From Bacteroidales bacterium UBA4788 (GTDB lineage: Bacteria; Bacteroidota; Bacteroidia; Bacteroidales; VadinHA17), in contig DHGW01000010.1 of NCBI GenBank assembly GCA_002402965.1, positions 11,135 to 67,006 of the forward strand: a stretch of DNA of 55,872 nt, read 5' to 3'. Position 1 is the first letter of the stretch, and every line of letters starts with the position of its first letter. Of this stretch, positions 21,088 to 30,956 are shown in pieces. The notes below the pieces were generated by a model. The model was not told the DNA's origin and searched no databases. It saw only the letters and a list, made by a program, of their open reading frames with translations. The position numbers and the translations under genes are program-made.

Positions 21088-21804
21088 ATGAGACACAGGA
21101 GCCTGGAAATATGCTTCACCCCCGCAGCCTTTGATGCCCATGCTGACAGCGAGGCAGTGGTGGTGGTGATAGATGTGCTTCGTGCCACCAGCTCCATTTG
21201 CACTGCATTCGCCAACGGCGTCAGGGAGATCATTCCCGTGGCCACTGTGGAAGAAGCCATGGAGATGAAAGCCCGTGGGCATCTCATTGCAGCCGAGCGT
21301 GATGGTTATGTGCTTGATTTTGCCGATTTCGGTAACTCCCCCTTTAACTTTTCAGTGGAAAAAATTAAAGGTAAGATCGTGGTCTACAGCACCACCAACG
21401 GGACCGGCATCATGAAACAGGCCTCCGGGAATCACGACGTGGTCATCGGTTCATACCTGAACATGACAGCCCTCTGCCGGTGGCTTGAGGCGCAGGACAG
21501 AAAGGTGATAATCGTCTGTGCAGGATGGAAGAGACGCTTCAGCCTCGAGGATGCCGTTTGCGCAGGTGCCATGGCACTGAGTCTGCTTGAGAGCGGCAAG
21601 TTCACAACGATTTGTGACTCGGTGCATGCCGCCACCGACCTATGGAAAGCCGCCAGGGAAGACCTGATGGGGTACATCGAAAAGGCAGCTCAGAGATCAC
21701 GACTCCGGGACAAGGGACTTGACGATTGTATCGGTTATTGTCATACATTTGACGTAACGGATGTTATTCCGGTGCTTCGCAACGAGAGGCTGGTGGCCCT
21801 CTGA
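21088..21804 (+). CDS. comB: 2-phosphosulfolactate phosphatase (ComB) family protein
   Basis: [37 protein letters not shown]. Confidence 0.85.
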   Translation: MRHRSLEICFTPAAFDAHADSEAVVVVIDVLRATSSICTAFANGVREIIPVATVEEAMEMKARGHLIAAERDGYVLDFADFGNSPFNFSVEKIKGKIVVYSTTNGTGIMKQASGNHDVVIGSYLNMTALCRWLEAQDRKVIIVCAGWKRRFSLEDAVCAGAMALSLLESGKFTTICDSVHAATDLWKAAREDLMGYIEKAAQRSRLRDKGLDDCIGYCHTFDVTDVIPVLRNERLVAL

Positions 21805-21887
21805 GTGAAAAAAACCGGCGGTGTCCAACGTGCAGCTGGCAGAGCCGCGTTAAAAGAGAACAACTAAACAAAATAAACTTACCAGAG

Positions 21888-22958
21888 ATGAAAAAACACA
21901 ATTTCTACGCAGGACCTTCAATCATGCCTCAGTACACGAATGAGAAGGTGATTGAAGCAATCAGGGATTTCGCAGGAACAGGACTTTCGATCATGGAAGT
22001 CTCTCACCGCAGCAAGGAGTTTGAGGCTGTCATGGAGAGTGCAGTGAATCATATCAAGGAACTGCTTGACGTTCCCGCCGGTTATTCGGTTATCTTCCTC
22101 GGGGGAGGTGCCAGCCTGCAGTTTGCAATGCTGCCGATGAACATGCTCGAGAAGAAGGCTGCCTACATCAACACCGGAGAGTGGGCCGGCAAAGCTCTCA
22201 AGGAGGCAAAACTTTTCGGAGAAGTGGTTGAAGTGGCCTCCTCAAAAGACCGCAATTTCAACTACATCCCCAAGAACTTCGCCATTCCTTCAGATGTTGA
22301 TTATTTCCATTTTACAACCAATAACACCATCTTCGGTACCCAGTGGAAGAAGGATCCCGATGTGCAAGTGCCTCTCGTGGCGGATATGTCATCAGATATC
22401 TTCAGCCGTCCCGTTGATGTTTCCAAATATTCGATCATATACGGCGGTGCCCAGAAGAACCTGGCTCCTGCAGGTGTCACCTTCGTGATCATTAAGGACT
22501 CAGCTCTCGGCAAGGTAACCCGTCCGATCCCGACAATGCTCAATTACAAGACACATATTGAAAAGGGTTCGATGTTCAACACCCCGCCCGTGCTTCCGGT
22601 CTTTGCAGCTCTTAAGACCCTTGAATGGCTGAAGCAGAAGGGCGGATTGTCTGCAATGCAGAAGATCAATGAGGAGAAGGCTGCACTTCTCTATGACGAG
22701 ATCGAGCGTAACAAACTCTTCATGACTACTGTTCCGGATCCGGAAGACAGGTCGCTCATGAATGTTTGCTTCGTGATGTCTGAGAACTACAAGGAGCTTG
22801 AGAAGGAGTTCGGCGATTTCGCCAAGTCAAAGGGTATGGTTGGTATTGCAGGCCACCGTTCAGTCGGAGGCTTCCGCGCCTCTCTCTACAATGCTCTTCC
22901 CATTGAGAGTGTCAGTGCACTTGTTGAATGCATGAAGGAATTTTCCAACAAATACTAA
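21888..22958 (+). CDS. serC: Phosphoserine aminotransferase
   Basis: [36 protein letters not shown]. Confidence 0.96.
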   Translation: MKKHNFYAGPSIMPQYTNEKVIEAIRDFAGTGLSIMEVSHRSKEFEAVMESAVNHIKELLDVPAGYSVIFLGGGASLQFAMLPMNMLEKKAAYINTGEWAGKALKEAKLFGEVVEVASSKDRNFNYIPKNFAIPSDVDYFHFTTNNTIFGTQWKKDPDVQVPLVADMSSDIFSRPVDVSKYSIIYGGAQKNLAPAGVTFVIIKDSALGKVTRPIPTMLNYKTHIEKGSMFNTPPVLPVFAALKTLEWLKQKGGLSAMQKINEEKAALLYDEIERNKLFMTTVPDPEDRSLMNVCFVMSENYKELEKEFGDFAKSKGMVGIAGHRSVGGFRASLYNALPIESVSALVECMKEFSNKY

Positions 22959-22970
22959 AAGGAGGTTGAG

Positions 22971-23897
22971 ATGAAGATACTTGTAGCCACAGACAAGCCG
23001 TTTGCACCGGTTGCCATCAAGCAGATACGCGAGGTGGTGGAAAAGGCAGGGCATACATTGGCCCTCCTGGAGAAGTACAAGACACCGCAGGAGCTTCATG
23101 CGGCAGTTGCCGATGTCGATGCAATGATAGTCCGCTCTGACATAGTTGATGCGGCTGTGTTAGCTGCAGCGCCGAAGCTGAAGATAGTTGTCAGGGCCGG
23201 CGCCGGCTTTGACAACCTTGACCTCAACGCATGCACTGCCAGCAACATCGTCGCAATGAACACTCCCGGGCAGAATTCGAATGCTGTTGCCGAGCTGGCT
23301 TTCGGCATGATGGTCTATGCAGCCCGCGGTGCCTTCGACGGGAAGTCGGGATCAGAGCTGATGGGCAAGACCCTCGGCCTTCATGCATTCGGCAACGTGG
23401 GCAGGTGCATGGCACGCATCGCCTCAGGGTTCGGGATGAAGTCATATGCCTTTGATCCGTACGTGGATAATAAGGCTATCGCCGAAGCGGGTGTGACCCC
23501 GGTGGATACAATCGAGGAGCTCTATTCGAAGAGCCAGTACGTATCACTGCATATTCCTGCCAATGAAAAGACTATGGGTTCGATAGGAGATAAGCTTCTG
23601 TCTCTCATGCCTCAGGGAGCCGTGCTGGTGAATACAGCCCGCAAGGAGGTTATCAATGAGGCGGAGCTGGTTGCACTGATGGAGAAGAGAACAGATCTGA
23701 AGTACCTTTCAGATATTGCTCCTGACAATGCAGAGCTGTTCGCACAGAAGTTTGCAGGCCGCTTTTTCTTTACTCCCAAGAAGATGGGTGCCCAGACCGA
23801 AGAGGCCAATATCAACGCGGGCGTGGCGGCAGCACGCCAGATAGCATCTTTTTTTGCCACGGGCGATGAGACTTTCAGAGTGAACAAACCAAAATAG
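22971..23897 (+). CDS. serA: D-3-phosphoglycerate dehydrogenase (short form)
   Basis: RAGAGFDN, NTPGQNSNAVAE, NTAR; directly follows serC. Confidence 0.8.
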   Translation: MKILVATDKPFAPVAIKQIREVVEKAGHTLALLEKYKTPQELHAAVADVDAMIVRSDIVDAAVLAAAPKLKIVVRAGAGFDNLDLNACTASNIVAMNTPGQNSNAVAELAFGMMVYAARGAFDGKSGSELMGKTLGLHAFGNVGRCMARIASGFGMKSYAFDPYVDNKAIAEAGVTPVDTIEELYSKSQYVSLHIPANEKTMGSIGDKLLSLMPQGAVLVNTARKEVINEAELVALMEKRTDLKYLSDIAPDNAELFAQKFAGRFFFTPKKMGAQTEEANINAGVAAARQIASFFATGDETFRVNKPK

Positions 23898-23915
23898 AAA
23901 CGAGGATATTCAGAT

Positions 23916-25166
23916 ATGGCTGTTGTTAAACCTTTCCGGGGGCTCAGGCCTCCGGCTCACCTGGCATCGGAGATAGCGTGCCTTCCTTATGACGTGATGA
24001 ACTCAGAGGAGGCCGCTGTCATGGCCAGAGGTAAGGAAAAATCACTGCTTCACATCACAAAGGCAGAGATAGACCTGCCGAAGGGCACCGACGTTCATTC
24101 GGACGAAGTGTACCGCAAGGCGTATGAGAATTTTACGGAATGGCAGAACAAAGGCTGGCTGGTGGATGACCGCCAGAACCATTTCTACATCTACGCCCAG
24201 ACGATGGATGGCCGCACACAGTACGGTATAGTTGGAGCAGCCGCCGTGGCCGACTACCTCTCAGGTGTGATAAAGAAGCATGAGCTTACCCGTCCCGATA
24301 AGGAGGAGGACCGCATGGTGCATGTGAGGGCAAACAATGCGAATGTAGAGCCTGTATTCTTTGCATACCCGGCCGTAAAGGAGCTCGATAAAATCGTTGA
24401 TCGCATTGTGAAGAAGGAGAAGCCTGAGTATGACTTTGTTGCCGAAGACGGAATAGGTCATCACTTCTGGGTGGTATGGGACGAAAAAACCAATATTGCC
24501 ATTGAGAAGCATTTTGCCGAGAAGGTGCCTTGCATGTATGTAGCAGACGGTCATCACCGTACAGCGGCAGCAGCACTTGTAGGCAAGGAGAAGAAGGATA
24601 AGAATCCGGCCCACAGGGGCGATGAGGAGTATAATTTCTTCATGGCGGTTATCTTCCCGGATGATCAGCTCAAGATATTCGATTACAACCGCGTGGTGAA
24701 GGATCTGAACGGTATGACGCCCGCACAGTTCCTTGTGAAGCTGCAGGAGTCATTCGAGGTAAAAGAGAAGGGTACACGGACTTACAGACCCGGGAAGCTG
24801 CATAACTTCGGGATGTATATAGATGGCAAATGGTACAGCCTGACGGCAAAAAAAGGAACGTACAACGATGAAGATCCCATCGGGGTTCTTGATGTCACTA
24901 TTCTGACGGAGAAAGTGTTGCTGCCCCTGCTGGACATTCAGGATCTCAGGAGGTCAAAGAGAATCGATTTCGTCGGTGGCATCAGGGGCCTTGGCGAGCT
25001 GAAGAGAAGGGTTGACGGCGGTGAGATGAAGGTCGCCTTCGCTCTCTATCCAGTATCAATGAAGCAGCTGATCACCATCGCGGACACTGGCAATATAATG
25101 CCTCCCAAGACCACCTGGTTTGAGCCAAAGCTCAGGAGCGGACTGGTGATTCACAAGCTTGACTAA
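23916..25166 (+). CDS. DUF1015 family protein
   Basis: KPFRG, PYDV, HE.T, ADGHHR, MPPKTTWFEPKLRSGL. Confidence 0.9.
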   Translation: MAVVKPFRGLRPPAHLASEIACLPYDVMNSEEAAVMARGKEKSLLHITKAEIDLPKGTDVHSDEVYRKAYENFTEWQNKGWLVDDRQNHFYIYAQTMDGRTQYGIVGAAAVADYLSGVIKKHELTRPDKEEDRMVHVRANNANVEPVFFAYPAVKELDKIVDRIVKKEKPEYDFVAEDGIGHHFWVVWDEKTNIAIEKHFAEKVPCMYVADGHHRTAAAALVGKEKKDKNPAHRGDEEYNFFMAVIFPDDQLKIFDYNRVVKDLNGMTPAQFLVKLQESFEVKEKGTRTYRPGKLHNFGMYIDGKWYSLTAKKGTYNDEDPIGVLDVTILTEKVLLPLLDIQDLRRSKRIDFVGGIRGLGELKRRVDGGEMKVAFALYPVSMKQLITIADTGNIMPPKTTWFEPKLRSGLVIHKLD

Positions 25167-25184
25167 GGTTTGTGCGCAACCGGA

Positions 25185-25856
25185 ATGAGTATCGCTGAAA
25201 ACATAAAGAAGCTTATTGAGGAGCTGCCACAGGGAGTCACCATGGTTGCTGTCACCAAGACCCGGTCACCGGAGGAGGTTATGGAAGCCTATAATGCCGG
25301 TCTCCGTGTTTTCGGCGAGAACCGGGTGCAGGAGCTGATTTCAAAGAAGGCACTGCTGCCCGAAGACATCACGTGGCACCTGATAGGACACCTGCAGTCG
25401 AACAAGGTCAGGCAGGCAGTGGCGGCAGCTGATATGATCGAATCGGTTGACACGCTGAAACTGCTGAGGATGATTGATGCGGAGGCTTCGGCACAGGGCA
25501 GGACAATTGACTGCCTGCTCCAGGTGCAAATCGCGTCCGAGGAGACCAAGTCGGGATTCTCCATCAGGGAGATGGAGGAGACCAGATGGAATGAGCTTGC
25601 TGGATCCCTCAAAGCGGTCCGTATCTGCGGCCTTATGGGAATGGCCACTTTCACCGACGATTTACTGAAGGTGAGAACGGAGTTCAAAAACCTGGCCGAT
25701 CTCTTCAGACATATCCGCGACTATCACTTCACCGGAATAAGTCACTTCAGGGAGATCTCAATGGGCATGTCAGGCGACTGGCAGGTGGCAGTGGGGGAGG
25801 GTAGCACAATGATACGAGTAGGAACAATTATATTTGGGGAACGAATAAAAAAATAA
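25185..25856 (+). CDS. yggS: YggS/PLPBP pyridoxal-phosphate homeostasis protein
   Basis: AVTKT, FGENRVQE, WHLIGHLQSNK, SMGMSGD, RVGTIIFG. Confidence 0.92.
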   Translation: MSIAENIKKLIEELPQGVTMVAVTKTRSPEEVMEAYNAGLRVFGENRVQELISKKALLPEDITWHLIGHLQSNKVRQAVAAADMIESVDTLKLLRMIDAEASAQGRTIDCLLQVQIASEETKSGFSIREMEETRWNELAGSLKAVRICGLMGMATFTDDLLKVRTEFKNLADLFRHIRDYHFTGISHFREISMGMSGDWQVAVGEGSTMIRVGTIIFGERIKK

Positions 25857-25857
25857 T

Positions 25858-26835
25858 ATGAGCACAATCAACACGCGCTACCTGGGACTCGAACTGAGCA
25901 GTCCCATCATTGTTGGCAGTTCCAATTTCACATCCAAAGTCGAATCGATCAGGGAGGCAGAGGCTGCCGGTGCCGGAGCAGTCGTTCTGAAGTCCCTCTT
26001 TGAGGAACAGATAGTATCGCAGGCACATTCAATGTCATCCAGGGAGTCATATCCGGAGGCAGATGATTATCTTCAGTACTACACCCGGACGAACAGTGTT
26101 GATGCTTATCTGGATTTGATTGCCGGGGCCCGCAAGAGTGTCAAAATACCGGTAATAGCCAGCATCAACTGCTTTTCACCGAAGGGATGGATTGACTTCG
26201 CCCTGGAGATAGAAAAAGCCGGCGCCAGTGCACTGGAGGTGAACATCTTCTTCATTCCGACCGACAAGAATCAGAACAGCAGCGATTCTGAAAAAGTATA
26301 TTTCAAGATTATCGATAACCTGAGACAGATACTTAAGATTCCGGTAAGCGTGAAGATCGGCCTGCGCTTTTCGAACCTGCTCAACTTCGTTTGGCAGATG
26401 CACAATCACGGTGCTGACGGCGTAGTAATGTTCAACAGGTTCTATGAACCCGATATTGACATAAACAACCTGAGCATTCAACCAGCGTCAGTGCTCTCCA
26501 ATCCCGCTGAACAGCGCTATGTGCTCCGCTGGGTGGGGATGGTCAGCGGACAGGATATGAAGATAGATATCTCAGCATCGACGGGGGTTTACACCGGTGA
26601 AGATGCCATCAGGTATCTCCTTGCCGGGGCAACTACGGTTCAGGTCTGTTCAGCGCTATACAAGCGGGGATTCACAGTTGTGACAGAGATCAATGAGGCT
26701 CTGCATAAATGGATGGATTTAAAGGAGTTTAAGGCAATAAGCGATTTCAGGGGAAGGCTGAACTACATGAATGTGGATAATCCCTCTTTGTTCGAGAGAT
26801 CGCAGTTCATGAAGCATTACAGCTCGTACATCTAG
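25858..26835 (+). CDS. Dihydroorotate dehydrogenase-like flavoprotein
   Basis: YLGLELSSP, GAVVLKSLFEEQI, PVIASIN, FNRFYEPD, LLAGA..VQVCSAL. Confidence 0.85.
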   Translation: MSTINTRYLGLELSSPIIVGSSNFTSKVESIREAEAAGAGAVVLKSLFEEQIVSQAHSMSSRESYPEADDYLQYYTRTNSVDAYLDLIAGARKSVKIPVIASINCFSPKGWIDFALEIEKAGASALEVNIFFIPTDKNQNSSDSEKVYFKIIDNLRQILKIPVSVKIGLRFSNLLNFVWQMHNHGADGVVMFNRFYEPDIDINNLSIQPASVLSNPAEQRYVLRWVGMVSGQDMKIDISASTGVYTGEDAIRYLLAGATTVQVCSALYKRGFTVVTEINEALHKWMDLKEFKAISDFRGRLNYMNVDNPSLFERSQFMKHYSSYI

Positions 26836-26862
26836 CAGGCACTTTTTCCGGCTGCGGGTGAC

Positions 26863-26961
26863 ACTGGTTCCGGCGGGCCGGTAGCCGATAAGCGGATGAA
26901 TAGTGGCTCCTGCGGGTCGGTAGCCGATCATCGGATGAAGAGTGTTTCCGGCGGGTCGGTT
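26863..26961. repeat. Degenerate 39-bp tandem repeat (~2.5 copies) between convergent genes
   Basis: Units start at 26863, 26902 and 26941 and share TCC.GCGGGYCGGTAGCCGAT.A.CGGATGAA. Confidence 0.85.
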
Positions 26962-27475
26962 ACCCCTTGAGAAGGGCAATTAGTTCCCTGGCTAGTTTCT
27001 GTTTCGGAGTATCCCATGACTCAATCTGCTGTTGCAGACTGAATATGATTCCGGTGCGGTCGGAGTCAGAAATTTCTGCGGAGCAGGTCTCAAACACAGT
27101 GAAGCATTCGAGCGATGTCATGTAATCACCTGTCATGAAAAACCCGGCGAGGGGCCCGGCATACCTGGAATAATCAAGTCCCGATTGCCAGCATGAGGAG
27201 ACCAGCATGGTCTTTGACCCGGGTCTGGAAACAGAGGCGATTGTTTCGATCACCTCATCCCTGGCGCTCTTCTCCTTCAAATCATTGAAAAGTCCGGATA
27301 TTGAAATCTTAATGTTCTCATCATCAGTGCTGTCATAATATAGTGCAACCAGTTTCAGGGCTCCCTTAAACGGAGGTTCGGAACGAAGAAGGCTGATCCT
27401 TGCTTCTATATCGCGTTTTTTGCCTCCGTTAAGCACTTTTCCCAGTTCGGCAAGCTTCTTTTCTGACCTTTCCAT
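26960..27475 (-). CDS. Hypothetical alpha-helical (HEAT-like) protein
   Basis: Open 171-aa frame with LVSSCWQSGLDYS and TSLECFTV; TAAATTTG promoter element at 27492-27499. Confidence 0.7.
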   Translation of the reverse strand: MERSEKKLAELGKVLNGGKKRDIEARISLLRSEPPFKGALKLVALYYDSTDDENIKISISGLFNDLKEKSARDEVIETIASVSRPGSKTMLVSSCWQSGLDYSRYAGPLAGFFMTGDYMTSLECFTVFETCSAEISDSDRTGIIFSLQQQIESWDTPKQKLARELIALLKG

Positions 27476-27590
27476 CACATATGCTTTGGAACAAATTTAT
27501 GGCTAAATAATAACTTCACAGCAAATACGTTTATTAAAAAAGTGTAAATTGGTCTTGTAAGGGACTGTGAAAACAAAAACTAAAATCATT

Positions 27591-28511
27591 ATGAACAGTA
27601 AGCTTAAAATTCTGCCGCTGATTCTGGGCGTGACTGCACTTGCCTTCTGCCTGGCTGCCACATCATGCAAGGGGAAAACCAGGGGTGAGGCAAACAGTGA
27701 AAAGGGAGAGGCCGTCAGTCCTGATGAGCAGACGATGGAGCAGATTAAAAGTGCCGAAAAGGTATTCAATGCTCTTCCTACTCCGCTTGAGGTTGCTCAA
27801 CTCATCAAGGAAGCAGGGGCAACGTTTGACGCAACACTGCTTAACCCGGTTGAGAACAAGAGCAACTACACCACCAGCAAGAGTATGGCACTCAACCTGG
27901 GCACCTTTGTCTGCGACCTCAGTTTTGCCAGCATGTATGATGAAACCTCGCTGCTTGTCAACTATATGGAGGCAGCAGAGGATATGGCCACAGGACTGGG
28001 CATAATTGATGCCATTGATGAAACGACCATTGAGCGGCTTGAACAGAACATCAATAACCGTGACGTGATAATGGAGATCGTATCGGAGACTTTCCTCAAT
28101 TCACAGGCATACCTGGAGGATGACGAGCAGCATGCAGTTGCTGCCACAATTATTGCCGGCGGCTTCATTGAGGGCCTGTACATATCAACCCACATGGTTG
28201 ATATTAAGAACTACAGGGGAAACAAGCTGGTTGCAACAATTACCGACCAGAAGATGTCAGTGGATGACATGATCCGACTGCTGGAGTCCTATACCGACAA
28301 CACCGCTATCCGCGAGCTTCTCGGCCCTATCCATGAGCTGAAGACCCTGTTTGACAAGGTCGAACGTTCGACAGAGCCCTCAACGGCCCAGTACAATGAA
28401 CAGAGTGGCATGACAGAGATTACCGGCGCAGCAAAGTCGGAGATGAAACAGGAAACATTCCTTGCCATAAAGGATAAGGTAGCAGAGATCAGAAACACTT
28501 ATGTAAAATAG
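27591..28511 (+). CDS. Hypothetical lipoprotein
   Basis: Hydrophobic leader ending AATSC (lipobox-like); helical body with LPTPLE, ALNLG, GGFIEGLY. Confidence 0.75.
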   Translation: MNSKLKILPLILGVTALAFCLAATSCKGKTRGEANSEKGEAVSPDEQTMEQIKSAEKVFNALPTPLEVAQLIKEAGATFDATLLNPVENKSNYTTSKSMALNLGTFVCDLSFASMYDETSLLVNYMEAAEDMATGLGIIDAIDETTIERLEQNINNRDVIMEIVSETFLNSQAYLEDDEQHAVAATIIAGGFIEGLYISTHMVDIKNYRGNKLVATITDQKMSVDDMIRLLESYTDNTAIRELLGPIHELKTLFDKVERSTEPSTAQYNEQSGMTEITGAAKSEMKQETFLAIKDKVAEIRNTYVK

Positions 28512-28517
28512 ATACCG

Positions 28518-28961
28518 ATGAGACAGCTTATACAGACATTACTGGTAACTGCGCTTCTCTCCCTTCTTGTTCCGGGTGAGGCTGCCGCACAGTGCAAGGG
28601 CTTTGCCAAATCGCTCTGCAAAAAGGAACTGGGCGCCTATCTTCATGACGGCAACTACCATGCCGCCGTACTGGTTGAGGGAGAGGAGGCTGAACTATAC
28701 AAAACCTTTTACTCCGACCTGGAGTACCGTCTTGCAATCTGCTCGGCCGATGGCATGCCTGCAGTGGAGTTTACAGTTTATGACGCCACCGGTAAGGTCC
28801 TTTATACAAATAAGGATGAGGGAATGGCAAAGGTTTGGGACTTCAAGCTTGAGTCAAGCCAGCAGCTTAAGGTAGTGGTAAAGGTGACCACTTTCGGGAC
28901 GAGGGATCAGCTTCCTGTCAGCGGCTGCGTAGCGATCATGTTCGGATTCAAGGCGAAATAA
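28518..28961 (+). CDS. Hypothetical secreted protein
   Basis: Signal peptide ending AAA-QC; four Cys; 6 bp downstream of the lipoprotein gene. Confidence 0.75.
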   Translation: MRQLIQTLLVTALLSLLVPGEAAAQCKGFAKSLCKKELGAYLHDGNYHAAVLVEGEEAELYKTFYSDLEYRLAICSADGMPAVEFTVYDATGKVLYTNKDEGMAKVWDFKLESSQQLKVVVKVTTFGTRDQLPVSGCVAIMFGFKAK

Positions 28962-29045
28962 GCCGAAGTAGAATAAGCATTGGCCCGGAAGGGCCGCAAA
29001 CCGGGGTTTTTACGAATCAGGGTGCTCAGAAAAGGGGTACCCTGT

Positions 29046-29585
29046 TTATCTTTCAGCTTCTTCAAGCATTGAGCGGCATTCAGTACAGAGCGATGCCCCC
29101 TTCAGATCAATCTCTTCGGCATAGGTGCTTGAATGCATCACGCATTTCAGATGATGGCAATGAATCAAACCGAAGGTATGCCCCAGTTCGTGTATCACCT
29201 CCTTAACGGTCCTCGAAAGGAGCAGCTCTTCATCCTGTTTCAGGCCATACAGCTCGTTCCGCAGGCGGAAGACCGATGCAATGGCCACATTCTTTCCGAG
29301 GATGGCCTGGCCGAAGATGTAAGTCAGGATCGGAATATAGAGATCTACCCTGAATAGTCCGATCAACTTCGTATGCTCCGAGATTGTGCAGAGGGGTATC
29401 TGGCTGAGCAGCCTGTTCCCGTCATATTGTCTCCTGGCAGGATTGTAAAATGGATTGAGGTTGAGATGACATTCTTCGGTTATTACCTTGTACCTGTACT
29501 CAGCTTCCGCCGCCTGGGCTACCATCTTCAGGAACGTCCTGTCAAACTGGCCGCAGGAGAGCAATATGATCCTCTTTTCTTCCAA
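29046..29585 (-). CDS. Archaemetzincin-family Zn metalloprotease (M54)
   Basis: HELGHTFGLIHC-x4-CVM plus LCTEC, RRQY, IFGQA; TTG start. Confidence 0.92.
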   Translation of the reverse strand: MEEKRIILLSCGQFDRTFLKMVAQAAEAEYRYKVITEECHLNLNPFYNPARRQYDGNRLLSQIPLCTISEHTKLIGLFRVDLYIPILTYIFGQAILGKNVAIASVFRLRNELYGLKQDEELLLSRTVKEVIHELGHTFGLIHCHHLKCVMHSSTYAEEIDLKGASLCTECRSMLEEAER

Positions 29586-29605
29586 GGGGCGGGTATCAGG
29601 GAAAG

Positions 29606-30946
29606 TTACTCCTTCTGTTTCAGGTCAAATTTCCTGATCTTGTTGTAGAGAGTCACCCTGTCTACATTCAGTGCCCTGGCTGAGCGCGAGACATTCCAGT
29701 TGTACTTTGCGAGTATTTGTTCAATGTGTCTCTTCTCGAGCTCATCCAGGCTCTCGACTGAATTGTCGGCCGCCTCCCTGCCTATTGGAAGGTCCTTCAG
29801 CCTGATCTCCCTGCCGTTCCCGATCACTATGGCACGCTCGATCATATTCTCGAGCTCCCTTACATTCCCGGGGAACTCGAACCTCCCGAGCTGCTTCAGT
29901 GCAGCGGGTTCAACCGTTATCAGGTCACGACTCATGGAGGTGCAGTACTTTCTGATGAAGTGGCTGACCAGCAGCGGAATGTCGTCGACTCTTTCCCGCA
30001 GCGGCGGTATGGTGATATTCACCACGTTCAGCCTGTAGTACAGGTCCTCGCGGAAGGCACCGTTCCGGACCATGCTCCCGAGATCCCTGTTGGTAGCACA
30101 GATGACCCTGAAGTCGGATGTTATCTCCTTGTTTCCGCCTACCCTGACAAAGCTCTTCGTCTCAAGAACTCTGAGCAGTTCAATCTGCATCTTTGGTGAT
30201 ATGGTGGCAATCTCATCCAGGAAGATTGTCCCTCCGTCAGCCATCTCGAACCGTCCCTTGCGGTTGAATGTGGCTCCGGTAAATGCACCTCTCTCATGCC
30301 CGAAAAGCTCACTTTCGAGAAGACTTTCTGTCAGGGCGCCGCAGTGAACGCTGATCAGAGGAAAATATCTCCTGGAGGAGTTGGCATGTATAGCCCTGGC
30401 TACAAGCTCCTTGCCGGTTCCGCTCTCACCGGTGATGATCACTGATGAGTTCGACTGTGCAACGCTCTCAATCTGCTCCAGGACCTTGCGTATTGCTTTG
30501 CTCTGACCAATGAGGTCATCAACTTCTTCCAGGTTGGTCACCCTCTTTTTAAGGGCTTCGTTCTCATTCCTTAAGGCGATCTGTGCTGCAGCGTTGCGTA
30601 TCAGATGTGACAGATCGTCAGGATCGAAAGGCTTGGTAACGTAGTCGTAGGCGCCGTCCTTCAGCGCCTGAACCGCCGTTTCCACGGAGGCGAAGGCTGT
30701 CATGATGATGACAATTGATTCCCTGTTAAGGCCCTTAATTCTCCTGTGCAGTTCAAGCCCGTCCATCCCCGGCATCTTTATGTCGGCAAGGATAATGTTG
30801 AAATCCCTTACCTCAAGCAGTTGCAGCGCATTCTTGGCATTCTCGGCAGCCTCTACATCGTAGCCGTCCTCAATAAACCAGTTGAGAAGGGAGTCTCTCA
30901 CGGAGTCCTCATCGTCAACTATCAGTATGGAAATCTTGTCTGACAT
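29606..30946 (-). CDS. Sigma54-dependent response regulator (REC-AAA+-Fis HTH)
   Basis: IVDDE, DIKMPGMDG, GESGTGKE, ESELFGHERGAFTGA, FREDLYYRLNV, PGNVREL, C-terminal HTH. Confidence 0.95.
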   Translation of the reverse strand: MSDKISILIVDDEDSVRDSLLNWFIEDGYDVEAAENAKNALQLLEVRDFNIILADIKMPGMDGLELHRRIKGLNRESIVIIMTAFASVETAVQALKDGAYDYVTKPFDPDDLSHLIRNAAAQIALRNENEALKKRVTNLEEVDDLIGQSKAIRKVLEQIESVAQSNSSVIITGESGTGKELVARAIHANSSRRYFPLISVHCGALTESLLESELFGHERGAFTGATFNRKGRFEMADGGTIFLDEIATISPKMQIELLRVLETKSFVRVGGNKEITSDFRVICATNRDLGSMVRNGAFREDLYYRLNVVNITIPPLRERVDDIPLLVSHFIRKYCTSMSRDLITVEPAALKQLGRFEFPGNVRELENMIERAIVIGNGREIRLKDLPIGREAADNSVESLDELEKRHIEQILAKYNWNVSRSARALNVDRVTLYNKIRKFDLKQKE

Positions 30947-30956
30947 CTCCAATGGG

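Noticed and set aside
26863-26961. Possible CRISPR array, or the 86-aa ORF 26719-26979 as a real gene
   Set aside because: There are no spacers; the ORF overlaps two genes and merely reflects the 39-bp period.
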